Origin: an uncultured Clostridia bacterium | GTDB lineage: Bacteria > Bacillota > Clostridia > UBA1381 | NCBI GenBank assembly: GCA_904420525.1 | Contig: CAJFVT010000101.1 | Span: 3,546 to 67,545 of the forward strand | DNA: 64,000 nucleotides | Direction of reading: 5' to 3' | Shown: positions 32,238-41,745 of the stretch, piece after piece | How the letters are laid out: each line of letters opens with the position of its first letter | Position numbering within the stretch: the stretch's first letter is position 1 | Notes under the pieces: generated by a model | Seen by the model: the letters and a program-made list of their open reading frames with translations, nothing else | Database searches by the model: none | What the model was told of the DNA's origin: nothing | Made by a program: the position numbers and the translations under genes

Positions 32238-32381
32238 CTAACCCATATCTACCGAAAAAAGCGTATTTCATATCAAGATCCCGTTGCAAATTCATCGATC
32301 AGATATGTTCCGTCAGATTGTCTTAAAAGTATAACATAAAACTCTGTTGATGTCTGATTATAAAAAAAACAGGAGAAAAGC

Positions 32382-33083
32382 TCATAAAGCCTTGCTCCTG
32401 TCCATATTTATAAGATCCTTTATTACCTCTCCCGCTATAAGCAGTCCTGCAGCTGATGGAACAAATGAACAGCTTGCGGGGACTCGCCCAACTCCCTTTT
32501 TGGGCTCCTCTCGTGAATACACTACCTTAAGCGAATCAACGCCTCGCTGCCTGAGTTCACGCCGCATTACTCTCGCCAAAGGGCACACCGAAGTCTTATA
32601 TATATCAGTTACCTCAAGCAGCTCCGGACACAGCTTATTCCCGGTCCCCATTGAGCTTATCACCGGTATGCCAAGTTTTTTTGCACGTGTGATCAATTCA
32701 AGCTTTGCCGATACAGTATCGACTGCGTCAACAATATAATCGCATCCTGACAGATCAAATTCATCTGCATTCTCAGGAAGATAAAACACCTCATGAGCTT
32801 CAACTTTTGTTTCCGGATCTATATCCGATATGCGCTCTCTCATCACCTCAGTTTTGTACCGTCCTATGGTGCTGTGAAGCGCTATTATCTGTCTGTTCAG
32901 GTTTGATATCGATACCCTGTCATTATCAAAAAGCAGAAAGCGGCCTACGCCGCTTCTTGCCAAGGCCTCCGTTGCATAACCGCCGACACCGCCCAGACCA
33001 AAAACAGCCACACAGCTCTTTCTCAGCTGTGCCACCGCTTTCTCTCCCAGCAATGCCGCGGTTCTGGAATACTGCTCCTGCAT
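32382..33083 (-). CDS. tcdA: tRNA threonylcarbamoyladenosine dehydratase (ThiF family)
   Basis: VFGLGGVG, SNLNRQ, IVDAVD, SSMGTGNK, TSVCPLAR, VVYSRE. Confidence 0.9.
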   Translation of the reverse strand: MQEQYSRTAALLGEKAVAQLRKSCVAVFGLGGVGGYATEALARSGVGRFLLFDNDRVSISNLNRQIIALHSTIGRYKTEVMRERISDIDPETKVEAHEVFYLPENADEFDLSGCDYIVDAVDTVSAKLELITRAKKLGIPVISSMGTGNKLCPELLEVTDIYKTSVCPLARVMRRELRQRGVDSLKVVYSREEPKKGVGRVPASCSFVPSAAGLLIAGEVIKDLINMDRSKAL

Positions 33084-34408
33084 CAGTTCATTCTATCCTC
33101 ATGTTCTTTTATAAGGTTCACATTTGCTCTCTCTATAGAATTCAGGTTTGAAGCATCATCCTCATAATTATAATTAGGATCAATGCTATACCAGGAACAT
33201 CTGCTGAAATAGCTGCTGAACTCCTGCATCTGGAACTGTCTGCCGTGACGCGCATATATCTCATTTCGGCCAAGCGCCAGGATCTCCTTTGATTTGCCCG
33301 CAAGATCAGACTCAGTGAGCAGTCTGAAACCGGAATTCGGGAATATATAATCACCTGTATAATGAGTTATATCTGTGATCTCATATACGGTATTCCCATT
33401 GTAAACCTCGCTGGTCGGGAATGCGCTCAAGGTCATTGGTCTCCCTTGTATATACGAGGTATAGGAATCAGCGCTCGCATTAGCATAATAGGTATTGCCG
33501 TTATACGTAAACGTCATGTACGTCCTGCCGCTGCCGCTCACTATCTCACCGCCGGTCACAAGAGCCGCGGTAAATCTTCCATCGCTCATTCCGCCTTCCG
33601 CGCTGTAGGATCCGCCGAAGGTCGCATATGAAGTCGTAAGACCTGATGTTCCGCCTGAGGACGAACCGCCGGACGATGTGCTGCCGGACGAGCTTCCGCC
33701 TCCTGAGTTACTGCTGCTTGATGAACCGCCTCTTGACGAGCTGCTGCCTGCGGATGAACCGGATGTCCTTCCGCTGCCTGTCGAGCCGCCCGATGACGAA
33801 GTCCTTCCTCCGGATGTACTTCCTCCGGACTCACTGCCGCCTGTAGACTGCCACGAAACTGCTTCTGTTGCAGCCGGCGCCGGCGATACTGACGCAGCAG
33901 GCGTTATTACCGGAAGAGTCGCTGTTGCTGCAGCTGTTTCCGAGGGTTCTTCCGTAGAAAGAACAACGTTCCCGTCATCTTTATTTCTGAATGTATAAAT
34001 GCCGGCTGCCGCTGCCGCTGCAACACAGACAATTATTATTGATACTATTATAATTTTATTTCTCTTCTGACGTCTGCGCTTTTCCTGTCTGCGCCGCTCT
34101 ATCTCCTCAAGCTGGCTTTGTTTTTCTGCCCGCATACGCTCCATTTGGCGTCTGCGCTTTATCTCATTCTCATCAAAAAGCTCATCTGCGTCATAGCCAT
34201 CATCCTCCGCCTCCTCAGGACCGCTTATATCCGCTTCCTCCGGCACGCTCTCCGGCCGGGCATCAGCAGCCTGCACAGGCGCTTCCTGTTCTGAAGCTGT
34301 GGTCTCCTCCTGCTGCGGCACACTGCCGTTTTCGTCATAAACGGCCCCGCAAAATGGGCACACGCTTACATTATCATCTATATGAGCTCCGCATTCTTTA
34401 CATATCAT
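33083..34408 (-). CDS. Zinc-ribbon/TM/YARHG domain protein
   Basis: CKEC...CPFCG, TM helix, Ser/Gly linker, C-terminal RNEIYARHG; promoter TTGACA-N17-TATAAT at 34543-34515. Confidence 0.88.
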   Translation of the reverse strand: MICKECGAHIDDNVSVCPFCGAVYDENGSVPQQEETTASEQEAPVQAADARPESVPEEADISGPEEAEDDGYDADELFDENEIKRRRQMERMRAEKQSQLEEIERRRQEKRRRQKRNKIIIVSIIIVCVAAAAAAGIYTFRNKDDGNVVLSTEEPSETAAATATLPVITPAASVSPAPAATEAVSWQSTGGSESGGSTSGGRTSSSGGSTGSGRTSGSSAGSSSSRGGSSSSSNSGGGSSSGSTSSGGSSSGGTSGLTTSYATFGGSYSAEGGMSDGRFTAALVTGGEIVSGSGRTYMTFTYNGNTYYANASADSYTSYIQGRPMTLSAFPTSEVYNGNTVYEITDITHYTGDYIFPNSGFRLLTESDLAGKSKEILALGRNEIYARHGRQFQMQEFSSYFSRCSWYSIDPNYNYEDDASNLNSIERANVNLIKEHEDRMN

Positions 34409-34585
34409 TGTGTATTCCTCCGTATTTTAGCTTATGTATCCGCCTGTTCGATCAGGACTAATGGCATTGCTAACTCCGTAAAATATGATTTTATGATACA
34501 CCCCTGTCTAAACAATTATACCTTTGCACGCTATAATTGTCAATAACATGTGATTTACAGTTGTATTACATTTGTTACACCTGCT

Positions 34586-35158
34586 TTATTCGTCCTCACG
34601 CTTTTCAACTGTAAGCGAATCGAGCTTGGCTATTATATCAAAATTCTTCATTCCAGCATAGTATCCAAGAGTCGAGGCGACAATGGGAACGACCAGCATA
34701 AGTATACCCGCAAACAATGGTATCTGACCTCCGGTATCAGACATAAACCCGAAATACGGAGCAGTCCATATATAAAACAGCACATTTATAATGATCGAAA
34801 ATACATTCGTCATAACTCCATCTACTGCAAACAGTATCCAGTTCAGCCTGAATATAATGATCCATATAAGGATCGCTGCCGAAACAGCGATACCCCAAAG
34901 AACTCCCCACTTCAGCTGCGGCTGAAGCGGCGTATACGGCTTTGCATCGAATACAGCCAATCTTCTCGCTCTGCTGTATATAAAAGCAGCATAAACAAAC
35001 GTAAATATGCCCGCAACTATATACCTGGCAACAGGCTTGTCAAGAAAATACCAGCATGCTATCGATTCAAATACAATAGATATCAGCACTGCCGTTATAT
35101 GCTGCAGCAGCATGCTTCCAAATTGATATTTTCTTGTTATCTCAACAGAATTTCTCAT
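34586..35158 (-). CDS. Hypothetical multi-pass membrane protein
   Basis: 190 aa with 4-5 hydrophobic segments; AAGGGG RBS; directly downstream of the HI0933 gene. Confidence 0.7.
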   Translation of the reverse strand: MRNSVEITRKYQFGSMLLQHITAVLISIVFESIACWYFLDKPVARYIVAGIFTFVYAAFIYSRARRLAVFDAKPYTPLQPQLKWGVLWGIAVSAAILIWIIIFRLNWILFAVDGVMTNVFSIIINVLFYIWTAPYFGFMSDTGGQIPLFAGILMLVVPIVASTLGYYAGMKNFDIIAKLDSLTVEKREDE

Positions 35159-35180
35159 TTATCATTACCCCTTTTCCTAA

Positions 35181-36383
35181 TCAGCTTTCAGCTGCGCTTT
35201 TTCCTGCTATATATCCTGAGCTCCAAGCCCACTGCAGATTGTATCCGCCGCAGTCGCCGTCAATATCGAGCAGCTCTCCGCATGCGTACAGCCCCTTGAC
35301 GAGCCGTGATTCCATCGTTGCCGGATCAAACTGACCGGTCACTGCTCCGCCCTTTGTTACCTGAGCATTATTCCATGACATAGTACCTTGTATCGAAAAG
35401 CTCCATCCCTTTATAGCTGAAGCCAGATCCCTTATCTCCTGTCCCGAAAGGGTATATGCCGGTCTCGAAAGAGGCACGGCTCCTATAAATTTCAAAAGTG
35501 CCTGACCAACTCTTTTATTAAGCATTCCTGTAAAAAAATCCTCCAGCGGTACATCTTTAAGCAGCTTTACACGTTCATGGAGCATATCATTTATATCCCT
35601 AAAGCTGTACTCAGGCATTATATCTACAAGCAATTGCTTTTCACTGCCGAGCCTTGATGAAAGAGTAAATATCGGCGGGCCTGACAAGCCATAATCTGTG
35701 AACAGCAGCTCACCTTCCGCTTTGTTTTCTCCAAGCCTGACAGACGAATTTATCTTTATCCCTTTCAGCTTTCTTACGATATCCGGAGCCGTTTTTATCT
35801 GGACGAGCGATGGCGAAAGCTCTGTTATTTTGTGCCCTAAGCTTTTGAGTATAGCATATCCGCTCCCATTTGATCCGAGATCCGGAGCTGCCTTGCCGCC
35901 GCAGGCTATTATAACACGGTCTGCGGCACGTTTCCGGCCATCATATCCGATCACTGCAAAGCCGCCGGACCGATCCGCTTCTACAGTCTTCACATCAAAG
36001 GCGCATACAGTGCATACGCCTGAGCTGTCCGCTGCACGTCGCAGAACATCCAATACCGCAGAGGCGGAATCTGAATACGGGTATACCTTCCCATCCTCCT
36101 CTGTCTTTGTCAGTATGCCAAGCTCAGAAAAAAAGTCAAGTGTTTCACTGACCCAAAAATTATTGATCGCATACGACATAAAGCTTGTATCACCGCCGTG
36201 GTAATTTTCAATATCAGCATAAATATTTGTCATATTGCATCTGCCGTTGCCGGTCGCTAGTATCTTTCTCCCTACTCTCTTTCCGCGCTCATATACAGTT
36301 ACCGAATTATCGCTGCGCTTTGCAGCGACCGCAGCAGCAAGCCCTGATGCTCCGCCGCCTATTATAGCAATCTCTTTCACCAT
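35181..36383 (-). CDS. HI0933/YhiN (BaiN-like) flavoprotein oxidoreductase
   Basis: IIGGGASG, KILATGNGRCN, GELLFT.YGLSGP, AQVTKGG, GGYNLQWAWSSG. Confidence 0.93.
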   Translation of the reverse strand: MVKEIAIIGGGASGLAAAVAAKRSDNSVTVYERGKRVGRKILATGNGRCNMTNIYADIENYHGGDTSFMSYAINNFWVSETLDFFSELGILTKTEEDGKVYPYSDSASAVLDVLRRAADSSGVCTVCAFDVKTVEADRSGGFAVIGYDGRKRAADRVIIACGGKAAPDLGSNGSGYAILKSLGHKITELSPSLVQIKTAPDIVRKLKGIKINSSVRLGENKAEGELLFTDYGLSGPPIFTLSSRLGSEKQLLVDIMPEYSFRDINDMLHERVKLLKDVPLEDFFTGMLNKRVGQALLKFIGAVPLSRPAYTLSGQEIRDLASAIKGWSFSIQGTMSWNNAQVTKGGAVTGQFDPATMESRLVKGLYACGELLDIDGDCGGYNLQWAWSSGYIAGKSAAES

Positions 36384-36475
36384 ACGCCTCCCTGTGCTGT
36401 ATTTAGACTATGTAACAATATCAGCAAAAAAGCCAAACGGGGCTGCTGGTATCAGCAACCCCGAAAATCGCAGTA

Positions 36476-38305
36476 TTAATCCGCCGCAGGCGTTACTATT
36501 ACAAGTGTTGCAACAAACGCTCCGTTCGTTGTGGCACCGCGGCATTCAACAATGTCGCCGGTATTTATCGTATTCATCTTAAGCGATGAGCCCTCTTCAT
36601 CAATAAATGTCGTGCTATTATCACGGCAGAATATGGTCACAGGGATATCGCTGTCCTCTGACATAACCGATATGAATCCGTATGATGTATTGACCGCTGT
36701 TACGGTGCCGTATACACGTCCGGTCGTTGTTATAGTCGAGGTCGAGCATCTGATCCTTGTCACCGCGTCAGACTGTACCGTAAGCACGAGACTGTCGCCG
36801 ACACGGAAATCATAGAGTGACCCTTCCTCCTCATTTATCGTGATAGTACAATCCTGAGGCACCTGATATGTCTGATCCTTGCCGTCTACCGTTATCGTTA
36901 TCTCCGGCTGGTTCGCAATAGTCACCGACTTAAGTATTCCCGAAACGGTATTGACCGATGAGGTCGCAACCACCTTTGTGATTATACCGTATTCAAGCGT
37001 AAGCGTAACCTTGTCTCCAACGTATACGGATGCCATATCCGATGAATCATTATTTTTTGTAACGCTTACATCTGAAGCTACAGTATATGTTTTGCCGTCA
37101 TATGCGTCATCTGCCGAGCTTATCGTTATAGTAAGATCAGTCTCTCCTATGTCGATAGCCGAAATTGTCGCATTTGAGATCGTTTCTGATTTCTCGCCGC
37201 CGCTGATCGACTGTACCTTGCCATCCGAGACTTCAAGCACGATGCTGTCGCCGCTCTTGAAGCTTCTGATCGTTGCCGGGGAACCCTGGTATGTTATCGG
37301 GACATCCTCAACACACGTATATGTCGAAACAGTTGAAGAATCTCCAACTGTGACTCTTACCTGGATGATACCGCCCACAGTATTATAGCCGTTGAATACA
37401 GCTATGACCTCGGTATCCGATTCCTCGGAAAGCGCGTCAAGCGAAACGAGCTGATCAGCTGAGAACTGGGCTACAGCCGAAACATTGTCAGGTATATCAC
37501 CTATCTGTGCAAGCTCACCCTTGATATACAGGCTCGTATCCTCGGTCACCTCATACGACTGCTCCGAGGATCCGCTGAGCGTCACCGTAGAAGCATCTTC
37601 ATCTACCGCCGTTACACGTACCTTTTCAAATGTATAATCGCATGCCTCTACCGCTCTGGCGAGCATGACGGCTATCTGGCTTCTGGTCACGGTGCCGTCC
37701 GGTGAGAACGAGCCATCGTCCATACCGTTCATTATGCCTTCCTCAGTCACAAAAGCTACGTACTGACGTATATTAGACGATATGCTGCGGGCATCAGTAT
37801 AGTCAAGGGTCACTGAGGATGAGGACGTTGCCTCCCTTTCGCCTCCCATTGCTTTTGTTATTATTACCGCAGCCTCGCCTCTCGTCATAGGCTGATTTTT
37901 TGTTGACCCGGTTATATACGTAGTCAGATCAGCATTGGTAAACGCACCCTTATACAGCATATACGCAAGCTCGTCCTGCCCCCACGAAAGACCGCAGGTG
38001 GAAAGAGCGCTGTCATACTGAGAATGAGCAAGCTCAAGCAGATCCGCATTAGCTTCCTCTCCGCTTCCCATGGAGCGCGCAAAGAGAGCTATACCCTCCA
38101 GCTTCGTCACCTCATTGTCAGGTCTGAACGTACCGTCTTCATAACCGGTTATATAACCAGCATCATACATTTCCTCTATCTGAGGCGCACACCAGCTGTA
38201 TCGCGACTCTGAAATATCTGAAAATGAATATGTATCGGCAAGCGCTGAACCGGACATACATGCCGCTGCCGCCAATGCTGTAAGTGCAAATAAAGTTTTT
38301 TTCAT
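36476..38305 (-). CDS. S-layer homology (SLH) domain surface protein
   Basis: Signal peptide; SLH repeats GYEDGTFRPDNEVTK, MTRGEAA, GMDDGSFSPDGTVTRSQ; C-terminal repeated beta-rich units. Confidence 0.9.
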   Translation of the reverse strand: MKKTLFALTALAAAACMSGSALADTYSFSDISESRYSWCAPQIEEMYDAGYITGYEDGTFRPDNEVTKLEGIALFARSMGSGEEANADLLELAHSQYDSALSTCGLSWGQDELAYMLYKGAFTNADLTTYITGSTKNQPMTRGEAAVIITKAMGGEREATSSSSVTLDYTDARSISSNIRQYVAFVTEEGIMNGMDDGSFSPDGTVTRSQIAVMLARAVEACDYTFEKVRVTAVDEDASTVTLSGSSEQSYEVTEDTSLYIKGELAQIGDIPDNVSAVAQFSADQLVSLDALSEESDTEVIAVFNGYNTVGGIIQVRVTVGDSSTVSTYTCVEDVPITYQGSPATIRSFKSGDSIVLEVSDGKVQSISGGEKSETISNATISAIDIGETDLTITISSADDAYDGKTYTVASDVSVTKNNDSSDMASVYVGDKVTLTLEYGIITKVVATSSVNTVSGILKSVTIANQPEITITVDGKDQTYQVPQDCTITINEEEGSLYDFRVGDSLVLTVQSDAVTRIRCSTSTITTTGRVYGTVTAVNTSYGFISVMSEDSDIPVTIFCRDNSTTFIDEEGSSLKMNTINTGDIVECRGATTNGAFVATLVIVTPAAD

Positions 38306-38570
38306 GATCATCTTCCTTCCCGCACCGTGACTATAGAAACCCTTATATCCTGTCCGAAAAAATCATAAACCACGGCTGCATTCTTATTTACCTATTTATT
38401 TTATAGTTATAATTATTAAAACTATAACTATTATAACATAGTTTTATTGTTTTAGCAAGACATTTTTGACAAATTTCTCTCGTAAATAGAACCAATTCTG
38501 CAATATTTTTTCCTTATCTTACATTTGATCCTCAGATACATTCCTTTCCTTTACAAAAATATTTATAACC

Positions 38571-38707
38571 AAAAAATACCGCTGTTTAAAGCGGTATTTT
38601 TTCAATAATAGAAGGAGTTCAAAACAAAATTGTGTTTTTGACTTATTCATAAGCTCTGCGAACAAGCCGTCAAAGCAATTCGCATAAACTCGAATTGCTT
38701 TGACAGC
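38571..38707. terminator. Two strong hairpins downstream of the microprotein-MarR unit
   Basis: AAAAAATACCGCT/AGCGGTATTTTTT (38571-38602) and GTCAAAGCAATTCG/CGAATTGCTTTGAC (about 38669-38704). Confidence 0.75.
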
Positions 38708-38726
38708 CAGCCCGCAATAAAGCCTG

Positions 38727-38903
38727 TTATTCTTCTGCCGCAGTCTGAGCGCTCTCCTCATATCTGCACAGCTTTTCGATCACCTGAGCGAACGGCGGAA
38801 ATGCTGCTATCTCTCTCTGCAGTGTCTCCGACGCATATTCAGGGAACTGACTGCTGTCAAGCACTATTTTTCCGCCCGCTGTACGCTTCGTTAATCTATC
38901 CAT
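38727..38903 (-). CDS. 58-aa microprotein, not in the ORF track, paralog of 39569-39736
   Basis: AAGGAGGT RBS plus ATG; MDRLTKRTAGGKIVLDSSQFPEYASETLQREIAAFPPFAQVIEKLCRYEESAQTAAEE. Confidence 0.85.
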   Translation of the reverse strand: MDRLTKRTAGGKIVLDSSQFPEYASETLQREIAAFPPFAQVIEKLCRYEESAQTAAEE

Positions 38904-38923
38904 AGAATTACCTCCTTAAAGAT

Positions 38924-39403
38924 TCAGCAGCTGACACGGACAGCATTAGACCTCTTCACCATTGCATCGCAAATATTATTCATAAACGAAAACATCGAAT
39001 CAAATTCTTCATCACTTACACCACTGAAAATATCTGAAAAAAATTTATCCATACGCTCTCTCGATACATCAAGCGCTTCCTTACCTTTACCGGTGATCTC
39101 TATCTCAGTGCTGCGCCTGTCACTCCTAACCGACAGCCGCCTTATAAGCTCTCTTTTCTCAAGCTGCTTAAGATATTTCGATATCGCCTGCGGAGACGAT
39201 GGCAGCGCCTTTACAAGATCCGATACAAGCACATGCTCGCGCCCCTCGTCCTTCATCATATCAATACATAAAACTATTGCAAACTCTGGCAGGCACATAT
39301 TTTCCTCTTCACGTCCGCCTTCAAGTACATCTGAAAACCTGATCCTATGCAGTGTCTGCAAAAGCTCTGTGAGCTTTGCAAACTTCTCATCTCTTGAAAT
39401 CAT
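38924..39403 (-). CDS. MarR family transcriptional regulator
   Basis: wHTH 'VSDLVKAL.SSPQAISKYLKQLEKRELIRR' plus DRR..EIEIT.KG. Confidence 0.9.
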   Translation of the reverse strand: MISRDEKFAKLTELLQTLHRIRFSDVLEGGREEENMCLPEFAIVLCIDMMKDEGREHVLVSDLVKALPSSPQAISKYLKQLEKRELIRRLSVRSDRRSTEIEITGKGKEALDVSRERMDKFFSDIFSGVSDEEFDSMFSFMNNICDAMVKRSNAVRVSC

Positions 39404-39568
39404 TTAACACACCCCGGCTGTTATAAAAGCCGTACTCCGTCCAATCTGTAATGCGTTCCGAAATCCGCTGTCCAAATCCAGCAGCATACTGAACTGATGC
39501 TATGATATAGAATGTCTGCAATCTTTTAACGCTGCTGAAAGCATTCTTATCACGCTCTGACCAATTTT

Positions 39569-39736
39569 TTAATTGTCGCTTCCGCCGTCCTCAAATTCGC
39601 AGAGTCTCTCCAATACCAGAGAAAAAGGACCAAATGCGGAAACCTCACGATTCAACGTTTCCTCGGCATATTCCGGAAACATCGAACGGTTTAAAAGTAT
39701 CTTGCCCGACGGGCTTCTTCTCGTAAGTCTTTCCAT
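39569..39736 (-). CDS. 55-aa microprotein, not in the ORF track, paralog of 38727-38903
   Basis: GGAGGT RBS plus ATG; MERLTRRSPSGKILLNRSMFPEYAEETLNREVSAFGPFSLVLERLCEFEDGGSDN. Confidence 0.85.
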   Translation of the reverse strand: MERLTRRSPSGKILLNRSMFPEYAEETLNREVSAFGPFSLVLERLCEFEDGGSDN

Positions 39737-39888
39737 GACTATACCTCCGTTTCCTTGTTTTTAGGCTCAATCAGACCTAAGATCAAATCAACCTAAGTTC
39801 CATATTTCTTTCAGGCAGTCCCACGACCAATACATAAATCACAACACATATCCTGCTAAGAACATCCTGGCTGCGCTGCAATATAAAT

Positions 39889-39947
39889 ATTTAACTTGGT
39901 TAATTATTTATTAAGTTAATTATAGCACTAAAATAATTATTTGTCAA
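39889..39947 (-). promoter_or_regulatory. Consensus SigA promoter with candidate MarR operator palindromes
   Basis: Minus-strand TTGACA(39947-39942)-N17-TATAAT(39924-39919); TTAAC-ttg-GTTAA (39891-39903) and TTAACTT...AAGTTAA around the expected start site. Confidence 0.75.
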
Positions 39948-40158
39948 TAGGTCAACATAAAAGTTAATAATTCATTCATTTTTTTTATTGGAATATTTGC
40001 CGCAGCAACGCTGAACGCTGTTTCAGGTATAGATATCCAGCATTGATTATGGTTTACATAACATTACAAGGGGTATCTGTAACATATGTACTACCGCCGG
40101 CATATAAAAAAAGCGCCGCACGAATAAAACCTATCCATACGGCGCTCTGATATTGCTC

Positions 40159-40938
40159 TTAAAGCATCTTTGACAGAAATGCTCTCGTTCTCTCGTTTTT
40201 AGGATTGTCGATGACCTCTTCTGGGGTACCGTCCTCAAGTACCTTTCCCTCATTCATGAATATTATCCTGTCGGCAACATTTTTTGCAAACTCTATTTCA
40301 TGAGTTACTATTACCATAGTCATATGCTTCTGCGCAAGATCCTTTATTACCTTGAGTATCTCATTAGTAAGCTCCGGATCAAGCGCAGAGGTCGGCTCGT
40401 CAAAGAAAAGTATCTTCGGATCAAGCGCAAGCGCGCGTGATATAGACACCCTCTGCTGCTGCCCTCCCGAAAGCTCACAGGGGTAGCTCTCGAGCTTATC
40501 AGAAAGCCCGACTCTGCCCAGAAGCTCGCGGGCATTTTCATCTATTTCCGCAAACAGCTCCCTTTTTCGCTGCTTAAAATCCTCGCGCTCCTTTGCAAGA
40601 AGCTTTGGAGCAAGCGTCACATTCTCAAGCACATTATACTGCGGAAAGAGATTGAACGACTGAAACACCAGCCCGAAATTCAGCTGACGGCGGCGCATCT
40701 CCGCCGCGGATATCTTCCGCTTGTCAGCAGCGTCGAAAATACATTCCCCATCAACAAATATCTGTCCGGAGGTAGCGGTCTCAAGAAAATTTATGCACCG
40801 GAGCAGCGTGGTTTTCCCGCTGCCCGAAGATCCAAGCACCGCTATTATCTCTCCCTTTTCCATCGAAAAGTTTATCCCCTTTAAAACCTCGGTCCTGCCA
40901 AAATTTTTATAAAGGTCCTTTACTTCAAGAATAGCCAT
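40159..40938 (-). CDS. Polar amino acid ABC transporter ATP-binding protein (GlnQ-like)
   Basis: GSSGSGKT, VFQSFNLF, LSGGQQQR, FDEPTSALDPEL, VTHE. Confidence 0.95.
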   Translation of the reverse strand: MAILEVKDLYKNFGRTEVLKGINFSMEKGEIIAVLGSSGSGKTTLLRCINFLETATSGQIFVDGECIFDAADKRKISAAEMRRRQLNFGLVFQSFNLFPQYNVLENVTLAPKLLAKEREDFKQRKRELFAEIDENARELLGRVGLSDKLESYPCELSGGQQQRVSISRALALDPKILFFDEPTSALDPELTNEILKVIKDLAQKHMTMVIVTHEIEFAKNVADRIIFMNEGKVLEDGTPEEVIDNPKNERTRAFLSKML

Positions 40939-40952
40939 ATTCCGCAGCCTCC

Positions 40953-41588
40953 TCACGCCTTGTAATAATCAAGCTTCTTCTCAAGCTTTCCAAATAAAAG
41001 TGTCAGTATCCCGCACATCGCCAGGAAGAATAATCCGGTAGAGAAGAGCGGCCATATAAGTCCCATTTTTGAAAAACGCTCTGCGCTCATTATTATCTCA
41101 CCCACACCAATTATACGAGCGAGCGATGTATCCTTTACCAAGGTCATTATCTCATTGCCCATAGGCGGCACGATCCTTTTGATCACCTGAAACAGCACTA
41201 TCTTTGCAAAGACCTGTGTTTTTGTAAGTCCTAAAACCTGTCCGGCCTCATACTGCCCTCTCGGTATGCTCTCTATACCGCCTCTGTATATCTCTGAGAA
41301 ATATGCAGCATAGTTTACTATAAAAGCTATCATTGCCGCCATAAGCCTTGAACGCATTGGCATGTCAAACAGTATTCCAGGCGCGTAATAGATCACAAAC
41401 AGCTGCAGCATAAGAGGCGTTCCCCTGATGATCCATACAAACAGCTTTGAAACGAACGACAGCGGCTTGAATTTTGACATCGAACAAAAAGTGATGAGCA
41501 GTCCCAGCGGCACCGCGCACAGTATCGTTACGAAAAAAAGAATAAGATTATACTTAAAACCTTCAAAAAGTGACAACCATTGTTCCAT
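40953..41588 (-). CDS. Polar amino acid ABC transporter permease
   Basis: IRGTPLMLQL, AAYFSEIYRGGI.SI..GQYEA, LVKDTSL. Confidence 0.95.
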   Translation of the reverse strand: MEQWLSLFEGFKYNLILFFVTILCAVPLGLLITFCSMSKFKPLSFVSKLFVWIIRGTPLMLQLFVIYYAPGILFDMPMRSRLMAAMIAFIVNYAAYFSEIYRGGIESIPRGQYEAGQVLGLTKTQVFAKIVLFQVIKRIVPPMGNEIMTLVKDTSLARIIGVGEIIMSAERFSKMGLIWPLFSTGLFFLAMCGILTLLFGKLEKKLDYYKA

Positions 41589-41745
41589 ATTATGTACTTC
41601 TCCTATTATTTATTGTACAGATGATCTATTGTGAAAAACGGTCATTGCTCCGTTTTGGAAATTCCCGGAGCTGCTCCGAGATTTTCCAAAGCGCAGAAAT
41701 GCAGGCAAATGCGTCCGCAGACGCACTTGCCTGGTTATGTACACG

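Noticed and set aside
38519..38761. 80-aa minus-strand ORF in the track
   Set aside because: It overlaps the better-supported 58-aa microprotein in another frame and runs through terminator hairpins
39573..39764. 63-aa plus-strand ORF
   Set aside because: It is the antisense shadow of the 55-aa microprotein, which has an RBS and a paralog
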